DNA of 64,000 nucleotides from Eledone cirrhosa. Taxonomy: Eukaryota. Positions 53,233 to 64,000 of the stretch are shown here, in pieces. A program made the position numbers and the translations under genes. The stretch lies in NCBI GenBank assembly GCA_964016885.1, contig OZ024745.1, positions 16,616,001 through 16,680,000 on the forward strand. The letters are read 5' to 3'. Every line of letters begins with the position of its first letter. The stretch's first letter is position 1. The notes beneath the pieces were generated by a model, which did no database searches, had not been told where the DNA came from, and saw only the letters and a list, made by a program, of their open reading frames with translations.

Positions 53233-56200
53233 AGAGAGAAGCAGGCGGACGGACAGAGAAGAGGGGGGAAAAAGTAAAACTTAAAAAACAAAAACTAAGT
53301 CAGACATTCGAATACTACATTACAATGAAACTTATGCTTATTCATTTTTGGGGCCCTTTCTGCCCGTGTGTTTGTTTGTTTATGTGTGTCCGTATACAGC
53401 GTGGTGATAATGCCACACAAGGGCCAAGTGGGATGGCGGATCCACAGATGGCTATGTAAACATACACTCGCCAATCCTCGATAAGAGTGTTTAAATATCG
53501 AACATAAACAGTTCGAATAACGGTGAAATGGAGACTAGAACGTCATGTGACAGACTCTCACCCAACAGGTGCCCCCTGGCTCAGCAGCAGGAACCTGACT
53601 GTCAACGAAATACTGCTGATGTTGGAGGAAGAAGAAGAAGGAAAGGGGCCAGAACCAACTGGACGAAAGAATTGAATAGAACTGTTATGCAATGCTACCT
53701 GAAAAGTAACCCCAAGGAGAGGGGCTACAGGAGACGGATGCATAACATCTGGAACGAGATTGGTTTATTTAAATTAGATGAACAAAAATTGGCCGGGCAG
53801 GCTCGGGTAATAAGAACTAATGGGTGGATAAGCGAGCTGGAACTGGAGGAACTGAGCAGAGAGAATGGCTTGGAGATGGCGGGTGTAGTATGCCAGACAA
53901 GCGAGCCGGCGGGAAATGAAGGTGAGGAGGTCCTGAGAGCGGAGGAACCACCCGAAGCAGACAATGATCTGAATACTGAGATAAATAATACCTGGAACAG
54001 AGATACGGCCACTGAGGAGATGAATGCTGACGGGCTAGGACAAGATTCGGTTGACATCCTAAATTTAGTGGTAGATGAGTTGAACAATGATAGTGGGAGA
54101 CCTATGAACCTAAGATTTGTAGACAGGAAAAAGTTAAAAGAAACAACAGCTAAGGTAAACAAAGTCATCCCATACCTTGAGGCGAGGAGTCTTCACCAGT
54201 GCAACAATATCCTCAAAGCAACAGCAAATACGGTGAGGAAACTACTTGGTATAAAAGCGAGAGGAAACAACAGACAAGAAAGAGCAGAGCCGTGGTGGAA
54301 GAAGCGACTGAGTGGGCAAATCGGGGAAATGAGAAATGACATAGGAAAGCTTGAGTCACTACTGAATGGGACACTAAAAAACATAGGCACTAAAAATAGA
54401 CTGGAAATAAAATACAAAACTAGGAGTAAAAAGCTAAATATTATCATAGAGGAATTGAAGCAACGCATTGTAGCAAAGAGTGCCAAAATCAGGCGATACG
54501 AGAACAGAGTCAGTCAGTATAAACAGAACCGCATGTTCGACAACAACCAGAAGATGCTGTTTGGACAGCTTGAGGGGAAAGAAAGAGGCACCGACTTGAT
54601 CCCTGGGGCGGAACAAGCTAAAACATTCTGGAGAGGAATATGGGAGCAGGATGTTAGACACAATGCCCAGGCAGGGTGGATTGAGACAGTACAGAGGGAG
54701 ATCGGTGAGCAGGCACAGCAACAGACTGATTTGAGTATCACAGTTGAAACTCTTAAGGGGCAAGCCAAAAAACTAACCAACTGGAAATCACCAGGCCCAG
54801 ATGGTGTGCAGGGGTATTGGATTAAACATTTAACATCCCTCCACCCGAAGCTGACGGCCATGTTCAATGACTGCTTGGTGTCGGGTGAGGTGCCAGAGTG
54901 GTTGACAAAAGGTACCACAGTTCTGATAATGAAAGACCGAATCAAGGGTAATGATGTTACCAAATATAGACCTATCACATGTCTGCCCGTAATGTGGAAA
55001 CTGTTGACGAGCATTGTGTCTGAGGAAATCTACCATCACCTCCACACAAACAACTTGTTGCCGGACGAACAGAAAGGATGCCGAAAGAAGTCACGTGGTA
55101 CAAAGGACCAGTTGCTTATTGATAAGATGGTAATGGGGAATTGCAGGAGGAGACACACTGATCTTGCCATGGGATGGATAGACTACAGAAAGGCATTTGA
55201 CATGGTGCCTCATTCCTGGATCACCAAAAGCCTGGAGATCTTCAGGGTGGCAGATAACATCAGACAGTTGCTGGGCAGGAGTATGGGGTCCTGGGAGACA
55301 GAGTTGACATCAACTGGAGTATCCTTGGGAAGCGTGAAGATCAAGAGAGGTATCTTCCAGGGAGATAGCCTGTCCCCTCTGTTGTTTGTCCTTGCCCTGA
55401 TGCCCTTGACCATTATGCTGCGAAAAGTGAGAGCAGGATACAAGTTGGGAAGGGGAGAGCTTACCATCAATCACCTCCTCTTCATGGACGATCTTAAGCT
55501 CTTCGGGAAAAGTGAGAAGGAGTTGGATGTGCTTGTTGACACTGTCCGTATTTTCAGCAGTGATATATGTATGCAGTTTGGTATTGGTAAATGTGGAGTC
55601 ATTGTGATGAGGAGGGGTAGGTTGAGCAGAAGTAACGGGATCCAGATACCAACAGGTGAGATGATAAAGGAAATTGACTCTGAGGAAGGATACAAGTATT
55701 TGGGCGTTCTGGAGGCTGATGGCATAAAGAACAAAAAAATGAAGGAATTGTTAAGAACTGAATACATTCGGAGAGTAAGGAGCGTATTGAAGTCACATCT
55801 GAACAGCAGAAATGCCATAAGCGCAGTAAATTCCCGAGCTGTGTCTATTATTAGGTACAGTGCGGGAATTCTGAGATGGAATGTTGCTGAACAAAAAGAA
55901 ATGGATAGGAAGACTAGGAAGCTATTGACTATCTACAACATGTTCCACAAGAGGAGTGATGTCGATAGACTCTACCTAAGGAGATCTGAGGGTGGAAGAG
56001 GTCTTATCAGCATAGAGGACTGTGTTCAGATGGAGAAAAACAACCTATACAAATACGTGACCTATAGTAAGGAGCCAATGCTCAGAGCTGTACTGAAGGA
56101 GGGGACAGTAGGCCAGGGGATACCCAAGGAGGAAATAACATCAAGGAGGAAGAGCAGCCTTAAGGGAAAATCCCTTCATAGTACCTTCTTTGAGAAAACT

Positions 56201-56995
56201 GAATTTAGAGATCCACAGACATGGAACTGGTTGAGAAGAGGAGACCTCAAAAAGGCTACAGAAGGAATGCTAATGGCTGCGCAGGAGCAGGCCCTCAAAA
56301 CGAAGTGGTTGAAGCACCATATCTACAAGGAGGAGGCTAGCCCACTGTGCAGGATCTGTGGAGAGAGAGAGGAGACTGTGGCTCACATTGTGTCCGAGTG
56401 TAAACACCTAGCCCAGACCCACTATAAGGGCTGGAGACACGATGTGATGGGCAGGGTGATCCACTGGCACCTGTGCAAAGTAAACAATCTACCACATTCT
56501 GAGAAATGGTATGAGCATAGGCCAGAGGCGGTGATGGAGAACAGTCAGGTGAAGGTGCTGTGGGATTTTAGGATACAGACGGACAAAAAACTGGAACACA
56601 ATAGACCTGACCTGGTGGTTGTGGACAAAGAAAAAAGATCGTGCCTGATTGTGGATGTGGCCTGCCCGTTCGACACGAGAGTGCAAGAGAAGGAGAGGGA
56701 GAAAATTAACCGATACCAGGACCTAAAGTGGGAGGTGAAAAGGATTTGGAACTGCCATGAAGTCAAAGTGATCCCGATTGTCATAGGCGCACTGGGGACT
56801 ATCTCCAAAGGTTTCCAGGGATGGTTAAAGAAAATCGGCCCCTTCACGCTTTTTGGAACGCTTCAAAAGGCATGCTTGCTTGGAACGGCAAGAACCCTCC
56901 GATACGTCCTGAATATCTGAGGCTGCAGGTAGTGGCTTGATATTCAATCCAACGGACTTTCCAGTTAACCAACATCAATGACTGAGATTCAAGGA
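53233..56995 (+). mobile_element. Full-length R4/Dong-like site-specific non-LTR retrotransposon in (AAT)n
   Basis: (AAT)n on both flanks, ~295-bp 5' UTR, single long ORF, ~75-bp 3' UTR. Dong/R4 elements are known to target TAA repeats. Confidence 0.9.
53528..56920 (+). CDS. 1130-aa reverse transcriptase with C-terminal CCHC zinc knuckle and restriction-like endonuclease (R4/Dong clade)
   Basis: KSPGPDG, YRPITCL, DYRKAFDMVPH, GIFQGDSLSPLLF, LFMDDLK, YKYLG; CRIC..ETVAHIVSEC; RPDLVVVD..IVDVACP..KEREKINRY; uninterrupted frame. Confidence 0.95.
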   Translation: METRTSCDRLSPNRCPLAQQQEPDCQRNTADVGGRRRRKGARTNWTKELNRTVMQCYLKSNPKERGYRRRMHNIWNEIGLFKLDEQKLAGQARVIRTNGWISELELEELSRENGLEMAGVVCQTSEPAGNEGEEVLRAEEPPEADNDLNTEINNTWNRDTATEEMNADGLGQDSVDILNLVVDELNNDSGRPMNLRFVDRKKLKETTAKVNKVIPYLEARSLHQCNNILKATANTVRKLLGIKARGNNRQERAEPWWKKRLSGQIGEMRNDIGKLESLLNGTLKNIGTKNRLEIKYKTRSKKLNIIIEELKQRIVAKSAKIRRYENRVSQYKQNRMFDNNQKMLFGQLEGKERGTDLIPGAEQAKTFWRGIWEQDVRHNAQAGWIETVQREIGEQAQQQTDLSITVETLKGQAKKLTNWKSPGPDGVQGYWIKHLTSLHPKLTAMFNDCLVSGEVPEWLTKGTTVLIMKDRIKGNDVTKYRPITCLPVMWKLLTSIVSEEIYHHLHTNNLLPDEQKGCRKKSRGTKDQLLIDKMVMGNCRRRHTDLAMGWIDYRKAFDMVPHSWITKSLEIFRVADNIRQLLGRSMGSWETELTSTGVSLGSVKIKRGIFQGDSLSPLLFVLALMPLTIMLRKVRAGYKLGRGELTINHLLFMDDLKLFGKSEKELDVLVDTVRIFSSDICMQFGIGKCGVIVMRRGRLSRSNGIQIPTGEMIKEIDSEEGYKYLGVLEADGIKNKKMKELLRTEYIRRVRSVLKSHLNSRNAISAVNSRAVSIIRYSAGILRWNVAEQKEMDRKTRKLLTIYNMFHKRSDVDRLYLRRSEGGRGLISIEDCVQMEKNNLYKYVTYSKEPMLRAVLKEGTVGQGIPKEEITSRRKSSLKGKSLHSTFFEKTEFRDPQTWNWLRRGDLKKATEGMLMAAQEQALKTKWLKHHIYKEEASPLCRICGEREETVAHIVSECKHLAQTHYKGWRHDVMGRVIHWHLCKVNNLPHSEKWYEHRPEAVMENSQVKVLWDFRIQTDKKLEHNRPDLVVVDKEKRSCLIVDVACPFDTRVQEKEREKINRYQDLKWEVKRIWNCHEVKVIPIVIGALGTISKGFQGWLKKIGPFTLFGTLQKACLLGTARTLRYVLNI

Positions 56996-57169
56996 ATAAC
57001 AATAACAATAATAATAATAATAATGCTTTCTTCATTAACCACAAGGGTTTACATAAAGTAGACATTAAGGACAGTACAGGACAATACAGGACGGTACAAA
57101 TGGGCATTTCTGCGTGTAAAAAACAAAAGCAGAGGATGTAAGAAAAAAATAACAATGAAAAATTCCCCA

Positions 57170-60100
57170 ATACGGAGGAGACTTCCAAGGGACATTCGTG
57201 GAGAAAGCCACAGTGACCCTGACCACCAGGGCAAGTGCCCTCTCCCGGCTAAAGGAAGAGGGCGGGACAATCCTCACGATGGACTCAGCTGATAGCTGGA
57301 TCCGTCCTACACGCGACAGCAGGTATTCGACATTAACCCACAAGTCAGTAATGCTCATACACTGGACGAGTGCGTGCAGGACGGTTTCGTCGCCCTGCGC
57401 ACATCTCGGACATGCCTGGCTGACGGCACCTACATGCCTGTAGAGTTTATCCCGATTTTTGTCGACGCCTAGAGTTTCCCCAAGTACGTCGTCGCTGTTC
57501 TTCTCCACTAATCCTCTATAGAACGCCAAGGTGGAGTTTCCACCGATCACATTGCCCGATTGGTCGAGGGCTGTGAGAGCCTGAAGATATTCCAGTCTCC
57601 AAGTTCTCCCTCTCGGTCTTCGCTTGACCCAGGACTGCAGCTCCGTTAAGGAGCTGGGGAAAGACGCGTCTAGCAAACGGCGACCACACCTGATCACTGT
57701 CGAGGAAGAGGTGGAGATGCCGTAGCCTGAGCGCGTGTCTGCGCATCATCAGCCACGGCATGCCCAGCCCTCCACGTAGCGGGCGTTGACAGCAGATGGA
57801 CCGCCTGACAATCGGAGCACGTCCCTTCCACAAAAAGCGAAAGAGCAAACGGTCCAGCGCAGTCAGGTGGGGCTTAGGACAAGGTACGACGGTCAGGCGT
57901 AATAGATGACGGACGCGATGTACGCGTTAGCCACCTCCGCTCGGCCTTTCAGGGATACCTTCATCTCCGCCCATTTCTGGGAGAGAGAAGCCACCCTGCT
58001 CGTCACCTCATCCCAGTTCTTGTCCGTCTGGAGGTCCGGACCGAACCAGACCCCTAGCAATTTAACCGGTCCTTTCGTCCAGCACCCGACGACGACGCTG
58101 TTGGACGGCATGGACCTGCTTCTCCAGGTGTCGATAAATACTCCTGATACCGCTTCGTATTCTCTTAGTGTAGTGTCGATCGCCTCGATGTGTTTGGCAT
58201 TCGACACTACTACGGTGACATCGTCCGCATATGCTGTATGCTGACACGGATCTTCCGCATCCTAATTCGCGCGGAATACGCTCAACGTCTCCAGTTTGTG
58301 CTGTAATGGCTCGAGTGTCAATACGTACAAGAGGGACGAGAGGGACATCCTTGGCGAACCGAGCGCATGATATTGAACGGTTACGAAGGGTGACCGTCCA
58401 CTCTCACCACAGAGCAGATGTCACTGTGCATGGCAACGATCCAGCCTCTGAAGACGGGCCCAAAGCCAGCCGCCCTCAGGACTGCCGCTAGGTAACGATG
58501 GTCGACCTATCGAAAGCTTTCGACTGATCTAAATTGATCAAGGACCCACCCGTGCATGGTTCCCTAGCTACCCTCTTCACGATATATCGCATGAGGTGAA
58601 GGTTGTCGTGGATGGATCTGTCGGGAATGGCGCATGTCTGCGCCTCTCCCACCAGACCACCAACAACAAGCGCCAACCTCTTTGCTACCACCTTGGCAAA
58701 AAACTTGAACTCTGTGTTTAGCAGAGTTATGGGCCTGAAATTATCTATGTTTTCCCCCTTGTTCGGATCCTTTCTCAGCAGCGCCACCGCTCCTCGGCTC
58801 ACAGAGCTGGGAATTCTCGCCTTCTGTTGCCAGTTGCAGTAGACGTGCGCCAAGAGGCCTCCGAACAAGTCTGGCATCTGTACGTAGAGTTCATAGGGCA
58901 GACCATCCAAACCAAGCGATTTACTCCTTGTGCAGCCAGCATTGCCTCCCGTACTTCAGCGGCTATTATCTGCTTTTCGCGACACTTTGCCCCAGTGGCC
59001 GAGAGCCGCGGCAGTCCGTCGAAGTAGACACTACAGTCCATCACTCGATCCAGCCCGCCTCTTCCCCCGAACAGGTGAGCGAAATGTCGCTGAAAAGCTT
59101 CACACATTTGCCCGGGATCGAGTAGCATGCGCCCGTCGTCGTCCACCAAAGACCGGATCGTGGCTTTGTTGCCACGACGGGCCTCCGCCACTAGGGCCCA
59201 TTGAACGGCTTTCGTCCCCTCGCATCTGAGAGCACGCACCCTAGCTCTGACAACGCAACATTCGTGCTTTGCATTGAAGAATTGGTCAAGGGCCAATTTC
59301 GCCACAAGTACGTCGGTCGCGATGCCTTTGTTAAGCGCCTCGTCTAAATCTCTAATTCGTTCTCCCTCTGCTCTATTTTTCTCTATAGCTAAAGCTTTAC
59401 TAAACCTAATGGACTCTATTCTAATCGCTCTTTTCAGAGCAAACCACCACTTGTTGTTGAAGATGGCCCCTGTCAACGTTCGCTTAACTAGTTCGCTAAT
59501 CCTTTCTCTGTAGGCCTTGCGCGCTGGTAAGGACGTGTTTAGCTTCAAGTAGCCGGGTTCTTGTCTATGAAGCCTATCTAAGTCAAGCACACAGATCACG
59601 AATTTGTGGTCCGTGTAGCTGACTATCTTGAATTGTGGACAGCCTATGCTAGACCTATCTATTTCCCTACAAAATACTCTATCTAGATATGATCTGGATG
59701 ACCCTATGCGATTTGTCCAAGTCCACATTGGCACATTCGGGAAATCCAATCGGTACCTGTCAGACAGTTCAAAACGCCTGAGCAGGTTGGTGAGGCTCTT
59801 GTACCCTCCTCCTCTATCCGCTGATCCCACACAGTCCCAGCGTGCATCTAAGATCCAGTTCCAGTCGCCCACTAGCACAAAGAGCGGGACGTTCCAAGAA
59901 AGGTCTCCAGACGCCGGAAGAAATCAGGCCGCCCTTCTCCTGTCGGGGCATAGACGGCCACTAGCCTGAAAGCTTTCCCGTCTCCGCTGGTTACGTCTAG
60001 CAACACCAACTTACCTTTTGGATCCAGGAAGATGGCCCGTATGGCCAGACCCAAACCTCTCCGAAAAAGCACAGCAACTCCTCCCCACGATCCCGGACGG

Positions 60101-60285
60101 ATGGGAGATGCGTACACATCGTAGCCGCCGAAGATCGGTGCGAAGGTCCGTGCTTCGGAGATTCTGGTCTCGCTGATGGCCACTACATCTATGTTTAATG
60201 ACCTGAGGTCGTTGAGCAGGTGGCCCTGCTTCCATGACGACCCCAAGCCACGCGCATTTATGCTGCCTATTCTGAGTGAGGTCAT
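57170..60285 (-). pseudogene. Tx1/L1-like ORF2 (APE endonuclease, RT, C-terminal zinc motif), multiple frameshifts
   Basis: SINARGL, VAISETR, VYAP, GDWN, SYLDR, YTDH (APE); DGLPYE, NFRPITLLN, DQSKAFDR (RT); FRFLWKG, RGGLGMP, CPRC..DETVLHALVQC, spread over at least six ORF pieces. Confidence 0.92.
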
Positions 60286-60621
60286 GTTGAAATGGAGTGG
60301 AAAAGATGGGAAATACCACTTACCTTACTTCTCGTAGAGGAAGGATGGTTTGTCCATCCTTTTCACTGCTTGTGGCCTCCTCCGGAAGGATGTCCTTATA
60401 AATCCTCCTGGACAGTCCTTGTCGGAAGTCTCCGATGTCTTTGGGGAATTTTTTTTTAGTGTCGTGTACGTTTTCTGTGTGATGCGAGTGATTTGAATGT
60501 GTGGAGGTGGTGTGAACTTTTGGGGTGTTGTGTAGTCTTTTTCTGTGATGCTGGTGTTGTGTTGGATGTAGTGTAATAATTGGTTGTTGTTCAAATTTAA
60601 TGGTGTGTTGTGTGTAGTGTT

Positions 60622-62289
60622 TTATTTTATATGCGTTTGTTGTGGGTTTATTTCTGTTTCGGTTTTTGGTGACTTTTGTGGTGTTGGTGATGGTGGTGTT
60701 GGGGTTAATGATGGTGATGGTGTTGGTGTTTGTGGTGATGGGGTTGGTGTTTGTGGTGATGGGGTTGGTGATGCTGGTGTGGATGGTGGCATATCTGTCC
60801 TAACTTTTTTGTTTGATAGTTTATTTATTTCCCTCTGTATTTTGTTTTTGGAGGGGGAAGGAAGAGAATTTTTTCTTTTATGGTTTCTTTTTTTCTTTTT
60901 TCCTGATACTGTTTCCCACTCCTCATCGTCACAATCTGTCTCCAGTTGTGATAGACCGGTGAGTGGAAAATCCTCCACAGGCGTTGGTTTTGGTTGTGGC
61001 GTGGTCGATGATGTAGGCGCTGGTGCTAGTTCTGGTGCGTTGGGTGGTGGTGGTGTTGGTTTTGCTACTGTTGCTGGGGTTGTTGCTGTTACAGTTGCTT
61101 CTGTTGTTGCTGCTTCTGTTGTTGCTGCCATCTCTGCTGCTGCTGGTGTTGATGGTTGAGTCACTGGGGTGGGTAGGAGAGGTGGCCTCAACGTTTTAGC
61201 CTGAGGGCAGAAAGCCCTTAGTGGGGTTCCTTCACCACAAACGGCACACCTAGGCCTTCTGCCCTCGACATTTACGGTGAGGTGGCTGCCGTCAGTGAGG
61301 TCTATTACCTCTGGGATCTCCTCAATGCTTTTTTGGTCCGCTTGGATCAGGAGCTCCATCCCAGATCCGGACCAGTTCTCCTGCTTTTCTTTCGCTATTT
61401 TGATTATCTTGGTGTTGGCTTCGATGCCGGCGAGGACGGCTGCTATTAGCCAGGGAATTTCGATGGCCGGTGGAACGTGGGTGACTCTGATCTTTACGAG
61501 TCTCTGGCCACAATAGCTTGGGACGAGTGTGAAGTCGTCACTTCTTAATGGGGCCATGGAGTGTTCTCTAGCCTCCTGTGGTGTTTCAAAGAACACGTCC
61601 ACGGTTCCATATTTCTGCCGACGTCTGATTGCCCACACATGTCCCAAAGCTTTTTGGATTTGGGACTCGGATGCCCGTTCCACTCGGCGCGATTTTATAT
61701 GAATTGTTCGATCAGACACGGTGCATAGGCGCCGATGCTCCATTTTATTAGGTGTTTGTGTGTGTGTGTGGGGGGGGGGGGATAGGCTGACCCTTAACCC
61801 ATCTTTCTTTACCATTTTTTTGCCTTCTTCTAATTCCTCCTGAGTTACCTGAAATGCTTCGCACTGTTTTGCTAATCTGGCAAAACTCAGGGTGGTTTTC
61901 TCAATTTCATTGTTGCTGTTGTTGTTATCGTTATTTTTGTTATTATTAATTTTAGATTCGGTTGTGGTGGTGGTGGCGTCAGTCGTGTTCGGTGTGGAAG
62001 AGTTCATTTTGTTTGAATTCATTTCGATATCACGAGTTAATTTATTTTTTTCTTTTGTTTCTGTTGTCGCGGTGGTAGTGGGGGTGGTGGTTGTCTCGTT
62101 GGTGGTGGTGGTGGCGGCTTTAACACCTGCAGTCATTGGTAATGGCGGGAAGTGAATATCTGCTTGAGACAAATTTAAAATATTGCTACTGCTTATATTT
62201 TTAGTGTTGGCAAACGTAGTAATATTTACAATGGTGGTGTCGGTGTGAGGTATTAGTTTGTGAGATAGGAGTGACTCTGAGTCTTCCAT
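60622..62289 (-). CDS. Tx1-like ORF1 (gag-like, degenerate zinc knuckle, Thr/Pro-rich); probably continues by frameshift to 60325
   Basis: 555-aa ORF upstream of ORF2; VNVEGRRPRCAVCGEGTPLRAFCP (CCHC knuckle with the His lost); WETVSGKKKKR. Confidence 0.75.
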   Translation of the reverse strand: MEDSESLLSHKLIPHTDTTIVNITTFANTKNISSSNILNLSQADIHFPPLPMTAGVKAATTTTNETTTTPTTTATTETKEKNKLTRDIEMNSNKMNSSTPNTTDATTTTTESKINNNKNNDNNNSNNEIEKTTLSFARLAKQCEAFQVTQEELEEGKKMVKKDGLRVSLSPPPHTHTQTPNKMEHRRLCTVSDRTIHIKSRRVERASESQIQKALGHVWAIRRRQKYGTVDVFFETPQEAREHSMAPLRSDDFTLVPSYCGQRLVKIRVTHVPPAIEIPWLIAAVLAGIEANTKIIKIAKEKQENWSGSGMELLIQADQKSIEEIPEVIDLTDGSHLTVNVEGRRPRCAVCGEGTPLRAFCPQAKTLRPPLLPTPVTQPSTPAAAEMAATTEAATTEATVTATTPATVAKPTPPPPNAPELAPAPTSSTTPQPKPTPVEDFPLTGLSQLETDCDDEEWETVSGKKKKRNHKRKNSLPSPSKNKIQREINKLSNKKVRTDMPPSTPASPTPSPQTPTPSPQTPTPSPSLTPTPPSPTPQKSPKTETEINPQQTHIK

Positions 62290-62507
62290 GCTTTTTCAAA
62301 GAAATTTGTTTTGTTTGATAATTATAAAAAATTTAAATTTTGGGCTCAAGGCCCCAATATTTTTGAGTGTCCTTTTCAGAAATCAATGTATGTTAACAAT
62401 ACAATTTTCCATAAATGGCAATTTTAAACAACTGAAAATAACAAACCTTTGCGGAGCTCACGATGATACGATTTACTACGAAGGTCGCCAATAATAATAA
62501 TAATAAT

Positions 62508-63675
62508 GTAAATTCTCGAGCTGTGTCTATTATTAGGTACAGTGCGGGAATTCTGAGATGGAATGTTGCTGAACAAAAAGAAATGGATAGGAAGACTAGG
62601 AAGCTATTGACTATCTACAACATGTTCCACAAGAGGAGTGATGTCGATAGACTCTACTTAAGGAGATCTGAAGGTGGAAGAGGTCTTATCAGCATAGAGG
62701 ACTGTGTTCAGATGGAGAAAAACAACCTACACACAACCTATACGTGACTGATAGTAAGGAACCAATGCTCAGAATTGTACTGAACGAGAGGACAATAGAC
62801 CAGGGGATATCCAAGGAGGAAATAACAACAAGGAGAAAGAGCAGCCTTCATGAAAAATCCCTTCATAGTACCTTCTTTGAAAAAACTGAATTCAGAGATC
62901 CACAGACATGGAACTGGTTGAAAAGAGGAGACCCTAGAAAGGCTACAGAAGGAATTCTAATCGTTGCGCAAGAGCAGGCCCTCAAAACGAAGTGGTTGAA
63001 ATACCATATTTACAAGGAGGAAGCTAGCCCACTGTGCAGGATCTGTGGAGAGAGAGAGGAGACTGTGGCTCACATTGTATCCGAGTGTAAACACCTAGCC
63101 CAGACTCACTATAAGGGCTGGAGACATGATGTGATGGGCAGGGTGATCCACTGGCACCTGTGCAAAGTAAACAATTTACCACATTCTGAGAAGTGGTATG
63201 AGCATAAGCCAGAGTCGGTGATAGAAAACGATCAGGTGAAGGTGCTGTGGCATTTTAGGATACAGACGGACAAGAAACTGGAACACAATAGACCTGAACT
63301 GGTGGTTTTGGACAGGGAAAAAAAATCGTGCCTGATTGTGGATGTGGCCTGCCCACTCGACACGAGAGTGCAAGAGAAGGAGAGGGAGAAAATTAACCGA
63401 TACCAGAACTTCAAGTGGGAGGTAAAAAGGATTTGGAACTGCCATGAAGTCAAGGTGGTCCCGATTGTCATAGGCACACTAGGTACTATCTCAAAAAATT
63501 TCCAGGGACGTTTAAAGAAAATTGGCCCCGCCACGCTTTTTTGAACGCTTCAAAAGCATGCTTGCAGGGAACAGCAAGAACCCTCCGATACTGAATAGCT
63601 GAGGCTGCAGGTAGTGGCTTGATATTCATTTCAACAAACTTTCCAGTTAACTAAATCAATGACTGAGACTCAAAG
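62508..63675 (+). pseudogene. 5'-truncated second R4/Dong copy
   Basis: Aligns to 55826-56995, with a frameshift near 62730 and a stop at 63542-63544; followed by (AAT)n. Confidence 0.95.
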
Positions 63676-63678
63676 AAC

Positions 63679-63719
<41 letters not shown>

Positions 63720-63720
63720 T

Positions 63721-64000
63721 AAGAGCGCAAAGATTAGGCGATACGAGAGCAGAGTCAGTCAGTATCGACAGAACCGCATGTTTGACAACAACCAGAAGAT
63801 GATGTTTGGACAGTTTGAAGGGAAAGAAATAGGCAACGAATTGATCTCTGAGGTGGAACAAACTAAGACATTCTGGAGAGGAATATGGGAGCAGGTTGTT
63901 GAACATAATGATCATGCAGTGTGGATTGAGACAGTACAAAAGGATATTAGTGAACAGGCACACCAACAAACTGATTTGAGTATCACAGTTGAAACTCTTA
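63721..64000 (+). pseudogene. Third, 5'-truncated and more diverged R4/Dong copy, running off the window
   Basis: Aligns to 54476 onward (GGCGATACGAG..AGAGTCAGTCAGTAT..CAGAACCGCATG..GATTTGAGTATCACAGTTGAAACTCTTA). Confidence 0.92.

Larger units (their letters stand above)
57025..62489 (-). mobile_element. Apparently full-length Tx1/L1-like LINE, degenerate, inserted antisense in the (AAT)n tail of the R4/Dong element
   Basis: Two-ORF layout with 5' UTR; (AAT)n at 56996-57024 and 62490-62507. Confidence 0.88.

Noticed and set aside
53400-53460. Twister ribozyme reading of the Dong 5' UTR (TAATGCC..GCCAAGT..GATGGC)
   Set aside because: P2, P4 and the pseudoknots could not all be satisfied in one consistent fold.
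53558-61516. Antisense ORFs overlapping the LINE ORFs
   Set aside because: Shadow frames of the retrotransposon coding sequence.

Overview
AT-rich, gene-poor eukaryotic DNA. The SINE families and the very high microsatellite density look like an octopus/cephalopod genome (inference from recalled SINE consensus, not verified). I could not support any host protein-coding exon, and most ORFs in the track are translated microsatellites. Recognisable content: (1) a stack of non-LTR retrotransposons in an (AAT)n tract at 53.2-64 kb, made of one intact 1130-aa R4/Dong-like RT+REL element, an inverted frameshifted Tx1/L1-like element and two truncated R4/Dong copies; (2) a 5'-truncated RTE-like LINE and four short RTE-tail elements that seed trinucleotide repeats; (3) many tRNA-derived SINEs and one mariner MITE. 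The most striking signal is at least six sequence-unrelated families of short non-coding elements sitting in (TA)n tracts. They are mostly arranged as fold-back inverted repeats (arms up to 552 bp) and carry hand-foldable type I hammerhead ribozymes, many of the minimal palindromic-stem-III kind known from Penelope-like element pseudo-LTRs. One locus (28335-30458) has two direct hammerheads 1303 nt apart around a non-coding body plus an inverted third copy, a retrozyme-like arrangement that predicts a self-excising, possibly circular, RNA. All folds and alignments were done by eye and coordinates may be off by a few bases.
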